This document shows positions 1 to 12,633 of a stretch of 64,000 bases of DNA, piece after piece; position 1 is the first letter of the stretch; each line of letters begins with the position of its first letter. Source of the stretch: Zygnema circumcarinatum SAG 698-1b (Eukaryota; Plantae; Zygnematophyceae); contig CM074816.1 of NCBI GenBank assembly GCA_037447605.1, positions 1,826,525 to 1,890,524 of the forward strand, in the 5' to 3' direction. Position numbers and translations under genes: made by a program. The notes below the pieces were generated by a model. The model was not told where the DNA came from. It saw only the letters and a program-made list of their open reading frames with translations, and did no database searches.

Positions 1-150
1 GAGAGTTTTGGAGAATTTAGGAGAGATTTGGAGAGTTTTGAAGAGTTCAGGAGAGTTCAGGAGAGTTCAGGAGAGTTCAGGAGAGTTCAGGAGAGTTCAC
101 GAAAGTTTTGGAGAGTTTTGGAGAGTTTTGGAGAGTGGAGAGTTTAGGAG
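1..150 (+). repeat. 10-bp tandem minisatellite (GAGAGTTYWG)n
   Basis: Repeated gagagttcag / gagagttttg units from the window start. Confidence 0.9.
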
Positions 151-389
151 ACTGAGTAGCTTATCAGCGAAGCAAACCACAGTCCCAAAAGCCATTCCCA
201 GCCTTTATTTCCTAGAATCTGACAGACATCCATCACAGATCACCAGAAACCCTACAAGTGGATCCATATCACTTGGCTAGGAGCCGCCAGGACAAGGACA
301 AGCCTATCCCACGCATCGGAAGAAAACAAGCAGCTACTGAGAATCAAAAAAAAAACCTGCTCAGTCGAAGAAACTGAGAGTAAAAAGAG

Positions 390-659
390 TCACTGTAACA
401 ATTTAGTGTCTTGGCAAGCTAACATTGTTTTGTCCTGCAGCTTCCTTTTCAAACAAGCTACATGCGCACCTGTCTTCACGACGTCACCTCCTTCCACATT
501 CGCAATGCTTTCAACTACAGGCGCTCCTGTTTTCTCCTTCATATCTGTAATGGCGGCAGAGATCTTCCAGTACACAGGTCGTCCCAGGAAGAAGACCAGC
601 GCCAACAAGGAGATGACAACCACAGATCGAAAGATTATTCGTCCTGAAGGCATCGTCAT
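390..659 (-). CDS. Small single-pass membrane protein of a conserved plant family ('GRPxYWKISA' motif)
   Basis: ATGs at 659/653. MPSGRIIFRSVVVISLLALVFFLGRPVYWKISAAITDMKE has a TM helix followed by a motif I recall from uncharacterised land-plant proteins (GRPLYWKISATIHD). The 3' end may be spliced. Confidence 0.6.
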   Translation of the reverse strand: MTMPSGRIIFRSVVVISLLALVFFLGRPVYWKISAAITDMKEKTGAPVVESIANVEGGDVVKTGAHVACLKRKLQDKTMLACQDTKLLQ

Positions 660-1008
660 CTTGTCTGGTTCGATCAATGCGCTTTCCAATCAGTGTAGGA
701 CAGCTCCAAAATGCTGCCAAGAATCGCTTGCAAGCGGATGCAGGAGAGGAGAAAAGCAAAAGCTGAAGCCGGAGAGCGCTTCAAGAGTTTCAGAATGCAG
801 TTCAGGACCTGATTCAGAGCGTGAGAGCTCCTCTCAACTTTTATTTTTTATTTTTATTTGGACGGAGGAGGGAGAGCAAAAGAATAGAAAATAGTTTCTG
901 ACGAACCTACTTCAAAAAATGTTCTGAACAAAATTATGTGCCTCGAAAGTTTCAAGCCATAAAAATTTCCATTTTCCTGTCAAAAAAAATTCCTGTCCTT
1001 TTCTATGA

Positions 1009-1094
1009 TGCCACGTGACGTCATTTTGGCCATCCAAATTGCCACGCAACAAAACATCGATCCAGATCGATCGATCGATCCTCTGCCACGTGGC
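1009..1094. promoter_or_regulatory. G-box/ABRE-like ACGT elements upstream of the small TM gene
   Basis: TGCCACGTGACGTCA at ~1009 and GCCACGTGGC at ~1085. Confidence 0.4.
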
Positions 1095-1323
1095 TACTCC
1101 ATAGAAAACATTACCAAAATTTTCGCAGGTTCTGCCCGTCACAAACGGGCATCTTGAAAGTTTGTACAAGTGTCCAAGAAAAAGGTGACAGTCAAAATCT
1201 GAGCGTGGCCCTCATTTGACCTCTTTTTTTTCCTTTTTGGCCCAAATCTGGAAATACTTCGGCCTCCTCCAGTCAGGTTTCTGATACTTCGGCCTCCCAT
1301 CTGGTTCCTGACACTGGCTAAAG

Positions 1324-1530
1324 GCCAAAAACTGGTTTTTTCCCAGAAACTGGTTTTTGACCGAAAACTGGATTTAACCCGAAAACTGGTTTCTGAATGA
1401 AAACTGGTTGACAGAAAACCAGTTTTTGGCCGAAAACTGGTTTCTGACCGAAAACCGCAAACCGGTTCCTCGTGGTTCCCCAACTTTTTGTTCCCTGTAC
1501 ATTTGATGGCATCGCCATCGTGGAGAGTTC
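1324..1530 (+). repeat. ~18-bp tandem array (core AAAACTGGTTT) followed by a copy of a dispersed repeat motif
   Basis: About 7 units of (C)GAAAACTGGTTT(T/C)TG, then CCGGTTCCTCGTGGTTCCCC...TGTACATTTGATGGCATCGCCATCGTG, which recurs at 12160-12230(-), 52430, 56488 and 58654. Confidence 0.75.
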
Positions 1531-2006
1531 AGTGCAACTTTTACCTTTCTTCGAAGGCAAGGGCGGATCCAGGGTTTGTGAAGAGGCGGAGGAAAGGGCT
1601 GAGCCCCCCTGATCATAAAATATATAAACTACACACATAAAATAAAATAAAATAAAAATAAGACACAAAAAAAGGTTGAATTTTCAAAATCTGCAACTTG
1701 TACATGTAGGTCCCCGCCCCAGTTCGAAGTTCCAGGACCTCTTCTGCTTCAGCAAGTCAAGTCACGTGCTCACAGTTCCCAGATCTGTAAGACAACCTCC
1801 TCGGTCGATTTTGACACATAGATACAAAGCCTTGAACCCTAATAGCTTTGAGTCCCTAACAAACCACGAAGCCCATAGCAACCTTTCTGAACCCTTCTGC
1901 ACAAGAAAGGTTGATCCTCCTTCTCTACATCAACCCTAGAAATCAGCAAGAAGCATTTTCCTTTCTCCCTGTTGCCAAACCACTGGAAGTAGGGCTTCCT
2001 TTCTAA

Positions 2007-3509
2007 TCATTGTACTTTTGCCAACTCTCGACTAAGTAAAGGGAGATACTTCGGTGACAGATGCGTTCCATCCAAAGCAAACTCAGTTCGCAGGGATCCT
2101 GCAAGGGAGTAAACAGTCAGTCAGTCAGTCAAGTCAGCCTTTCAATCAGTCTTCCATTTCTCAGTGCCAAGAATGCCAGCAAGCATTAGGAAAGAAGGCA
2201 TAGACAGCATTACATATGGGAATGTGAAGGGGAAGACTTAGGGCAAAGGGAGGGGAAGAGAGGGGAGGGAGGGGAAGGGAGGGGAAGGGAGGGGAAGGGA
2301 GGGGAAGGGAGGGAAAGGAGGGAAGGAGGGGAAGGAGGGGAAGGAGGGGAAGGAGGGGAAGGAGGGGAAGGGAGGGAAGGAGGGAAGGAGGGAGGAAGGG
2401 AGGGAAGGGAGGAAGGGAGGGGAGGAGAGGGAAGGAGGGAAGGGAGGGAAGGGAGGGAAGGGAGGGAAGGGAAGGGAGGGAAGGGAGGGGAAGGGAGGAA
2501 GGGAGGGAAGGAGGGAAGGAGGGAAGGGGAAGGGAGGGAAGGAGGGAAGGAGGGAAGGGAGGGGAAGGGAGGGGAAGAGAGGTGAAGGGAGGGGAAGGGA
2601 GGAAGTGAATACAACCTTCCCTCGTGAGGAGATCGTCTGCGAATTCGAGCCAATGTAAGCGCCCTCTATGGTCTTTTTGCTGCTCCTTCACTCGGCGGCG
2701 CAGAACTTCATTGAACTGCCGAACAATCACTCTCGTTTCATTCAAAACGGGCGGGACGGGATGAACAAAGATTTCAAAGTTCCGTCGAGAAATAAGGCTC
2801 GTGAGGACCTTCATATATATCTCCGCTGTGACCTCAATGCCCTCGTTCAGATCCTGCATGCATCCAAACCAAAGAAATGACTAATGGACAGAGAACAAAA
2901 GCAACAATCAGTTGGAACTTGAGCTTAGAATGAAGCATATACTGTTATTTGACTGTGAAATTTAGAAAAGTAAAATGGAAGTACAGAAGAGCACAGACAC
3001 CCCCCCCCCAACAAGACTGTCACCCTCTCTGATTCTCTCTGCCTTCCTCTCCCATCCTCCCACCCTCTCACCCGCTCTCCCATTCTCCCATTCCCTCCCC
3101 CCTCCAAATTTACCACCTTAGAAGCAAGTTTTGGTTACCTTGTAGCGGTCTTTCGAGACAGAAATTATGAGACCTTCGCGGCAATCAATTTCGCCAAATA
3201 AGAAGATCAACTGTGAGCCATCCGGTACCCAGCGAATCACATTTTCAAAATTACGCTGCACACAAGACGGAACACATCATTTACACGTTAATTACTTTTC
3301 TTGTCGACAAGAAATGAAAATGCTACTAGTCAAATGCAAGAACCTATCTCCTCCACCTCCCCGCCCTCCTCGTTCTCCGTCTGTCCCTCTCTCCCTCTCT
3401 CTCCGTTCCACTTCCAATCACTCACCTTCCTGTCTCACACCTTGCCTTATACCCAGTGATCGCATTTCCAAGAGACAATTAAAAAAACAAGTTCAAAAGA
3501 AAGAGAGGA

Positions 3510-3607
<98 letters not shown>

Positions 3608-5745
3608 AAAGAGAGAGAGAGAGAGAGATACGAATTATGTAACCGAAACTTAACAAAACATCCTCATCAAGAAACCTCACCTTTGGGTAGAATTTACCCT
3701 CTGGTCGGATATGCCAAATTTTAAGACCAGTCACTATCAGCGGAACAATGCAGCGATATCTCCCACGGAGTTCCACTGTCCTCCAAGCAGGTGCCAAACA
3801 ATGGCTATCTCCTATAAGGTAGAGTGTAGGCTGCTCTATTAGAGAACGCATATGTAAAGAAAGAGGGTATTCCACGAGTAGCTGCAACGCACATGAATGT
3901 CACATTCAGTCCCTAGGAAACATCACAAACAACTTCGCAACTTCTCATATAAAGAAAAAATATTGAACCCCTATGGATCTATTCTTGGACAAGCCTGAAA
4001 ATGTATCCTACCGCAGCTCGGTAAGTCAGCTTACAGTTTGTGATTATTTCCCTGGTAATGTGGCAATACAGAAGAGGACTTACTTGACTAATGCATCCAA
4101 AGTAGGCTGCCTCATTCCTTATTTTCGTGTGATGAAAGGGAATTTTGGAAGCCAAAGGAACAGGTTCCGCGATTCGTGCAATCGTTTTTGCCCTCTCAAT
4201 AGCACCTCCAAGAAATAGCATCTTCATTGTTGTTGCAATAAGGGCAAAGGCATTCAATTCTTCGAGACTGTATTCTACCTCTCCGTGCTGTTCCCTATCC
4301 AGGTCCTCACAATCTTCACTTCCACCAGTCCCCTCTTCTCCTTCCTTGTGATTCTCTCTCCCGCTACTACTACCACTACAACTACCACTACCACTACCAC
4401 TTTCACTACCTATCATCCTAGCAGAAATACTGCTGTCTCCTCTAGCACTCTCATTAGACTCCTCCTGCATGTCGCCAGCCTCTCTTTCACTATCTTCAGT
4501 GTTCGCATTCGTCCCAAACTCTTCACATAAGCGGCTCTCACACCCTCCTAGCACTTGCCTCTCTAGTGATTTACTCAGGGATTCATCTTTTAAACCCTCT
4601 ATATTTTCCTTAAACGAGCCCATAGCAACGTCTGACTCTACATGTTCCACTGCACGCTGACTAGTACGGGAATTAACTACCATTGAATTTGTTTGAGATG
4701 GTAAATCATGGTCGCGCAAATGCTCTAATTGGACAGACGTTGCATGCGCTCGCTCAGAAAGATGACAGCACATCCCTTTGTGGAGAGGAATGCCTTCGAG
4801 TGAAGGAATGATTTGCCTGCACGAGGGTGCGATGTTACCAGTAATTAGAGGATAAGATATAAACCCTAAAACCCTAAAAACCCTTGTCAGATATAAGCTA
4901 CGTTACTTTTACCACCCTCTGTTGATTACCTTACAGAGAGAATCAGCAATGCATATTCAAGGCTGATGTTGAGAGGAGTATGTCCCCACCTTAGGGTTAC
5001 CGAGTTAATGGAGAAGTCGGGTATTCGCATGCACCATTCCATCACTTCAAGGAGTGCTTCACAGTACCGATTGCAGACCTGCAGTAAGTCAACAAAGTCA
5101 ACCTGGAAGCGTGTACAATCATAAAACACGTCTGATTGTGAAACAATACTGATAAGTAAAAGTTGAAGCATGGAACCATGTCCAGTGAAACTTTATTCAA
5201 CACAAAGGGCTATGCATTTGTCGCGGCACAAAAGCAAGAAACCACATGTGTTTTCTATTCTTATGTATTTAATCAGAGCTGGACAATACCATAAGGATAT
5301 GCTTTGAATATGACGCTCGAGCCAAAGACATGGTTAAATTTTCGTGATATGATCCACGTGTCTAATGTTTAGTTGTTTACCTCTAAACCATGCACGAGAA
5401 TTAGGGGATATGTGCAGGATGTGGGGGCCATATCAACTGCTTTCTGCATCAGATCTGCAGCCTCTTCCACAGCTGCAAGCACAGCATATTCCCTTCAGTA
5501 CATAATCTTAGCACATTATAGTACATAATCTTACATAATCACGATAGTACATAGTCTTCCCTTAGTCGCCAAAAGCGGAAGTCATGTTCCCATAGGGGAA
5601 CATGACTTCGTTGGAGACTCAGTACAATGAAAAATTCTCTGGCATAGAAAGAACCTTGCATATTAAGGATCAGCCAATAGAAGCAGGATACAAAAGCGAC
5701 GGAATCTTGAACAGAAAGAGAGAGCGAGAGGAAGAGAGAGAGAGC

Positions 5746-5798
<53 letters not shown>

Positions 5799-8739
5799 TG
5801 AGAGAGAGAGAGAGGGACTATACCACCGTAGTCTTTGATGGTTGCTGCCACATAAGCGAGAGCTGCTGTGCTCCTTCCTGAACAGAACTCCGACTGGAGA
5901 AGTGCCATGGCTGAAGAAAAAGGAAAAATAAACAAAAAGTGTTAAGTACAAGTATTGCTTTTCTTTTGTAACAGCCGCATTATGGAAGAGCGCAGAGATT
6001 TCCAGTATCTATGTTGACTACAAGCAGGTTTTCAGCAGATTCGTAAGGTTCACCCATCTTGTCCTAATCTTCTATTGATATTTCAACTGATTTTCTTATT
6101 TGTTTTAAAAATTGTTGGATAGCCTGCCTTCGGGATGCTGGACGACTTCGGCGAGCTTCTCCTTGGCTCCAAAGTGAGCTGCGTTGTGCCCCTAAACGGA
6201 ATGAACCAATATGAGCACAGCCATTGCAAAAGGGTGCCAAAAAAATTCATGATTGCAGCGTCTACTAGAGAGAGAGAGAGAGTGAGAGAGAGAGTGAGAG
6301 AGAGAGAGAGTGAGAGAGAGAGTGAGAGAGAGAGAGAGAGTGAGAGAGAGAGAGAGATGTGTCCTCATTGAGTTGTCTAAAGAGAGTTTGAAAAACAGTC
6401 TGTAAGTTACTTTCAGGAATTAGCGAGAGTGGCAGTCGAAAGCTCACTTGGATCCGCAATAAGGATGCGAAGGTATACACGGAGAGCATCTTCCACAGCA
6501 CCTGAAATCCAAGGCAGGCACGTTGTAAAGTTCTCTCTCTCTCCCACCTTGGGTTCAGAGGCTTGAAGCGCCTTGCAGATGAGCAAATGCATTACTGATG
6601 CATTACTAATTTGGTCACTGGTTCGACTAAAACGTTTCTTAAGTTTAACTCTTGAGAAGTCAGACATAGTAACGCTCATTACGATTGCCCGTGAATGCAG
6701 AAAAGAGCACGTTTCATCGATGTAGGCTAAACCTGAAATATTTGAAGTCCTATTTACCTCTCTTGCACAGTGGCTTTTCCTCTGATTCTTGAAGACATTC
6801 ATTTCGATTTATACTCTTGAGAGTCGGGGTGTTAAAAGCAACAAGAATGTTGCTCCATCCTTTAGCACATTACCTCACTGCTTTGAAACAAACTACGAAA
6901 GTTTAGAAAGAGCATGACTGAAGCATAGCATGAAACAAGTACACTTGCAGGTGTTGTAGAATGGGTACCTACCTCGATCCAAAATAATTCGTCCATATTC
7001 AAACAGTGCAGGGACATAGAACTCATTTTTCTCCAACAAACTCTGTTTATCCCTCCCAACAATACCAAAGAACATTCATCAATATCATTTTTTGGGCTGT
7101 CTGCCTAACAAAGACTCACTATCCGGCATCACAAGGTGCTTCAAGGCTCGGTCCATATTTAGTTAATTGGGGCTTTCAATCAAGAAAATATAAAGGCCAA
7201 TTTTCGAGTAGAGTAGGAGAAGGATGTTGTTGGAGTAGGAGAAAAATAGAGAAACTTACTGTGATAATATATGCTGAAGCAGCTCTCTCCCCCATATTGT
7301 ATAGTACGTGTGCAGATGCCACCTGTTGCGGAAACTCCATGCATTACAAATAGCTCACCATCTTTCAGAACAAACTGATGCAAACACAATCTGTAGCTAA
7401 AGCGAAATACTCCAGAGAATTGCTTTAAAAACAGTTTCCTCAAAGGGAGACAAAAGTCATGTCAGTTCGTTTGTGCCGTTTGGACCTTCAGCTCGTCTAT
7501 AGTCACTGCTCTTTGCAGATAAACAGCCAAGGAATCTCCCAAATTGATCGGTATCCGACCCCAATTATGAATGTCAAATTGTTTCGCCAAAGAGGAGAGG
7601 TCTGCCTTTCCCTTCCCTCCCTTCTCGAAATCACAATCCTCACAATCCTTTCCTTCCTTGTCACTTTGCTCCATTGCTAAGCCCAACGCAACATCATACT
7701 CCTCCAAAGCTTCAGTATGCCGTCCAAGGGCTGCATATACATCTCCCAGCCTGAAAGAAAATCATAGAGTCAGATTATCGGGAGGATATGGCAGATAAGG
7801 GAAAAGGTCAAAGAAAAAAGTGACTGGAAAGCTTTTCCAACGGTAAAGAGTAACACCTTAAAGGGGGAACAACAAAGACAACGCTAACAGTTGCTAAGGC
7901 AAAGGGATCGTAAAAAAAGAAAAAGAAGTACAAACAGTCAGAGCAGCAGCCATACGCATGTCAGTTATAAGAAGATTTTGGATTGAGTTAAGCATTTGCA
8001 TTCAATTGCAGGAGTTACCTTGCATGAAATTGCAGATCGTTAGGGTATGCTTTGGTTCCCTCCACGAGCCATGGTAGGGCTCGATCGTAATGCTGGACTG
8101 CCATTGCCATGGAAGCTGCAGAAACTATCTCAAAGCTGTCAACGTTCAATAAGAAGATTATGTTTCTGTTCTCTCACAATTACTTGAAGACTTGATGTGC
8201 AGGCGAAAGCAGTGAAGTAGCCAGATACATGCAAATGAAAAAACATCAAAATCTTTTCCAAAAAAATGTATTTCGTATATCGTTACGGTCGAAATACAAG
8301 TTGACATGATCTCATTACTGCTGAGCATTATCAGGCATCTAAAACCCTAAAAACCCTAAAACCCTAAAAACGCGCACGTTCACTAGAAAGCTCCATAAAT
8401 AGGGTTGGCATCCTTACCAAGCGCTCGAATGCAGATTTTCTGATTCGGAACCAATCGCAGAACCTTCTGACAAAGAGATGCTGCTTGCTGATTCATTTTC
8501 CCCAACAAATCATCAGCCATCCCGAGTCAAGCCAATATACTTTTTCATGAACACTTCCATAGCATCATGCCTTTCAATTGATGACCCATAAAAGCTTTGG
8601 GTACAGGGTTCAGCAGAGATCAGAGAGTTAGTATAACCGTTAAAACTGTGTCTTCGTATCTCCTCTCCAAACAAAACATCTGGAATTGATCAACAGACAT
8701 GGACTTCATTTCTGAATAGAAGATGCTTTCTTCCTATAG

Positions 8740-8807
<68 letters not shown>

Positions 8808-11800
8808 TCCCTCTCTCTCTTCTCAAGGATTTGATTCAGAAGTAATGCACAGGCCACCGTACCTTGTACCGCTTAGCTTGCTGAGCTGTCAGCATTGCAA
8901 CCAAAATCTCCTTCACCAGTGGCATCTCCGAATCCTGCATTCACAGCTCTGCCAGAACTCCGCTTCATTGATTTTCCAAGCAGCCTTCCATTATGATAAG
9001 AGTTAATTTCGCCGTCATAATTCGCCATCTCATGCATGGAACAAAGAACCTCTCTTGCCTTCCCATGGTCTCCTATCTGGATACAAAATTCCCTTTCAAC
9101 AATTTCGCAGTTTGCTTTTGCCCTGTTGCAGCTTTAAAAGTATGTGTGTAACAGATCTGACCTCCAATTCAGATTTAATTCGAGTTCCGGTCTCCCCATG
9201 TAAAGGGCCATGGCTCTGGGTATTGCTGGGGGGTTTTTCATCCTTGACTGAACCAATACAAAGGCAGACATATCAAAAACTGTCAGTTGAGGACAGTTTA
9301 CAAAGATTCGAGCAGTTTTTTCAAAGCGGTTCCTCCTTATCACAAGGATAATGAAGATTGTATATCGTCATCACATTGTGAGTAAACACTATTTTGAGAC
9401 AAAAAAGGAGTATTGACTTTGACCTTCAGAAGAACGCGCATCGGACTAACGATCAACATATTGAAACTGTTTCATTCTACCACTGTGAATGAATCAATGG
9501 AAGTCGTGAAATGTGACAAATGGGGCCATTCAGAGAATATGCTTTCCTCTTACCTCCACGAGCTCCTTGACCGTCCGATTTGAAAGATGATGGTGTGGGA
9601 CTGAAGATTTCGTTTCCCTCAAGTTTTGGCTTTTGTCGGACAAAAACATCTGACCTGCCTGACACCACTTTATGACAGCATGTTAGCGGCGTAAAGTGCC
9701 CTTTTCACCACGCAAACCTCAGCATAGAACCTTAAACCTTAAGCCTTAACCTTGAACCTTAAACCTTGAACCTTAAACCTTAACCTTGAACCTTAAACCT
9801 CAAAACCTTGAACCTTAAACCTTAACCTTGAAACTTAAACCTTGAACCTTATGGCAAAATCACTGTTCTAAAAGTGAAGGCAGTCTTTGCTCGGTTCCTG
9901 GCTTGTCCCAGGACTGGAAAGAAGGTCAGACACCTTATTTTTTGTCACATTTTTTAAAAGACAGCCATCCAGATGATGCTAAAGGAACGGCCTTAAAATA
10001 CTTCAACAACAAAAAAGTTTTTTTCTGAAACTATCCCAAGGAGCATTTATTCTGAAAAGACATCGAACCAGTTGAGCTACAATTACCTCACATTGCTTCT
10101 TTAATTACAGTACATGAGAAACAGGCTCTGCTTCTGAACCGAAGCAAAAACAGTCTCACCTATCCTTTAACACTTTGAAAAGTGAAGCAGAGGAATCCAA
10201 GATTCGATTCCTGGAGCACAGACGTGAGCAACAAAGAAACGTTTATCTTCCTTCTTGATGTGCACAAGCACGCATGACTATCGCACGTAAATAAAAGTGG
10301 AACTTTACAGTTTTCTTTTCTGTTCTTTTTTGTTGGCTGAGCAATCTCGTGTAAATATCCATGACATACAAGCGCGGACGAGCTGAGCAGTGGAAACTTT
10401 TGTTTGTTTCTATTTATGCATGACCTTAGAGATCTCTCTTGCACTTTAGAACAGATTTTAGTAAGGTTGATCGACTCAGCACGCTCACCTGTCATTGTGC
10501 AGAACTAGGCCACGAATATCAAGGTTGTTGATCTCCCTATGCTGCCAAAATAATTGGAAGGAAAGGTGGCATCAATCACTAAGATAAACTCTCTTTAATG
10601 CTGTCTCCCAAAACGCTACTCTACAACCCCAAACTGAGCATCTCAAGCTGTTTCTCGAACTTCTCGAACTAGCTTCTGTAACTTGAAAATGCATCCGACC
10701 AGTATATATCGGCATTTTAGGAGTGATCTTGCAAAGTGCAAGGTTGTGACTACTCAAGTGGGTAGTGCCAGTTTGAAGCAAGCCATGAAGGATCCATTCT
10801 GATATCAAAAGGGGTAAAGTCAACTTTTGTTTTGAATAGTGAGATTGATGCCACATTCCTATAGTCGGGAAGTGAATAGAATTCTTAATAAAGAAACCAA
10901 GCTATTTGTGAACTTGCATATGCTGCTCGAGAGGTTGCTAAAGTGATACACCCTAAAATCCATCCAATTTCTGAAAAATGACATGAACGTTGTCGCTGTA
11001 CATTTAAAAAAAAAAATCATCATATCCAACTCGCATGATAAACACCTACTGTTACCATGTTCATCCTAAACACGGCTGGAACTATAATGCATGCATGCAT
11101 GCAAGTGCGATGAATACATGTATGCATGCGCGTGTCGTGTTTGCATGCATGTATACACGAGATGTCCATCCAGAAAGCAACGCTCTCACCTTCGCATTGT
11201 ACGCCGCCACAAACTCCTGCATTCCCGGCCCAAGGTTTACTCAGTGCTCTCGTACGCATATTAGCTGTTTCTCCAGATTATTTGCTTAGAAGATCTAGAA
11301 CTAAATTTCGATTTATTGTGAAAGAATACGACGAAGCTGTGCAGAGAATTGAAGGTTGTTGAGATACAAAATGGCATTGAACTCCATTCGCAGAGCTGAA
11401 GGCTGATGATCATCGAGTAAAGGGCTACCATCGTCCTTGCAACAGCCTCTTCCCGAGTTTTAAATAACGAAAAGATGCTCTCGGTTCATTGACTAAGTAA
11501 GAAATAATTGCGTGAAGCATTGCAAGCCCATTGTTCTGTCAGCCGGCTCGATGTGATGAGGAGGAGGGGTTGGGACGAGTGTCAAGTCATCGGTGAAGCA
11601 AATCGGTGCAGTAAAGTGGTTTCTATGCATTGCTTTGTTTTTAAAATGGTTTATGAATTGAAAATGAAACAATGGAGTTGCACATCATCCTGTCTTTTTT
11701 TTCCTTTTACCCTGCAGCCTTCCTTACCTCAAGCAAGTCTTTCACAGTGCTTATTCTCGTCTGCGAGTCGTTGTCTGAGCACTTTGCTAGATGTGTATAT

Positions 11801-11835
11801 TCAGGAGCAGACTCATAATGCACGTAGAGCTTCAT
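2007..11835 (-). CDS. Multi-exon protein: N-terminal ubiquitin-like domain, TPR repeats, C-terminal SGNH/GDSL-type hydrolase
   Basis: ATG at 11835. Phase-consistent exons give MKLYVHYESAPEYTH...TVKDLLE|EFVAAYNAK|HREINNLDIRGLVLHND|RNRILDSS..KDR|SDVFV. TPRs include QAASLCQKVLRLVPNQKICIRAL, YDRALPWLVEGTKAYPND and LGDVYAALGRHTEALEEYDVAL. SGNH blocks are LIGDSH (~3800), FGEIDCREG (~3190) and ALDGTHLSPKY (~2070). Stop at 2007-2009. Confidence 0.85.
2226..2603. repeat. Polypurine GGGAA/GGGA low-complexity tract (intronic)
   Basis: Almost pure G/A tract inside the last intron of the SGNH gene. Confidence 0.9.
3500..3628. repeat. (GA)n microsatellite; similar tracts at 5715-5815, 6267-6357, 8741-8822, 25893-25946, 28629-28770, 36081-36310 and 43600-43770
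   Basis: Directly visible dinucleotide and purine runs, mostly intronic or in UTRs. Confidence 0.95.
9728..9851. repeat. Intronic (AAACCTT/GAACCTT)n heptamer array, telomere-like variant
   Basis: About 17 copies of RAACCTT. Confidence 0.8.
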
Positions 11836-11957
11836 ATTTTCCAAGAATTAGAACATTTTAATAGTTTGAAAAAATGTAGCAAGTATAACTGTGCGAAGAA
11901 TATCTTTTTCTTCAGCCCACTCTGTCTTCATTCCTTTTCCGAGGGTGCTGCTGATGC

Positions 11958-12232
11958 ACTGGTTGCAACCAGGAACGACCAGGTACACTCGTCCGCGGAC
12001 ACTCTAGCAGTCTGGTAACGCTGTCGGAGGACGGTCTGGTGTTTCAATCGTTCGGGAGGAACGAGAGTTGCAATGAAATGGTATTGTCATGGGGGCATGA
12101 AAGTACTTGTGGTTGGAGGATGAAAAATCGTTCAGAGGACGCTTGAAGGACGATGTGGTATTGATCTCACGATGGCGATGCTATCAAATGTACATGGACA
12201 AAGTCATGATGGGAAACCACGAGGAACTGGTC
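11958..12232 (-). mobile_element. Copy of an unclassified dispersed repeat (possibly a non-autonomous TE) between divergent genes
   Basis: The reverse complement of 12160-12230 matches 1462-1523 and 52431-52460. The palindrome CTGGTTGCAACCAG at ~11960 resembles those at 37829, 52863 and 53061. Confidence 0.55.
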
Positions 12233-12633
12233 ACTAAAGGGCAAGATAGCAATTGAGCGAAAGAGAGAGGGAGACACTGGCGGAGGCAGCGGTTAGCATG
12301 CGCAAAAGCATTTGCTATTTCTTGAGAGCTTTTCGGATTTCTTGGACAGATATTTGCAGAAGTTACAGTACAGTAGCCGCTGTATCTACTGGAAAGTTTC
12401 TCTTCATTTTTTGATTTGGCATTCTTGCTATGTTTTGCTGCTTCAGCTCGTTGCTTCTCTGCAGCTGGAAGCAGCTGGAACCAGTCCTCTGATCTATTTA
12501 GGTCTTCACTCATTCGCTTTCAGAGATATCTCACACTCGCAGAATCCCTTTCTGAAAACAAATTGTAAACGGCAAGAGGAGTATTAAAAGGACTGTAAGA
12601 ATGAACCAAGGGGTTAGTTTTTGGCTGAAGCTC

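Noticed and set aside
1324-1456. CRISPR-like appearance of the spaced short repeats (also the 92-bp repeats at 56189)
   Set aside because: No unique spacers of CRISPR length, no cas genes and a eukaryotic context.
2161-2653. Pro/Ser/Leu-rich 'extensin-like' ORFs
   Set aside because: They are translations of an intronic polypurine tract; the real exon ends at ~2615 and resumes at ~2098.
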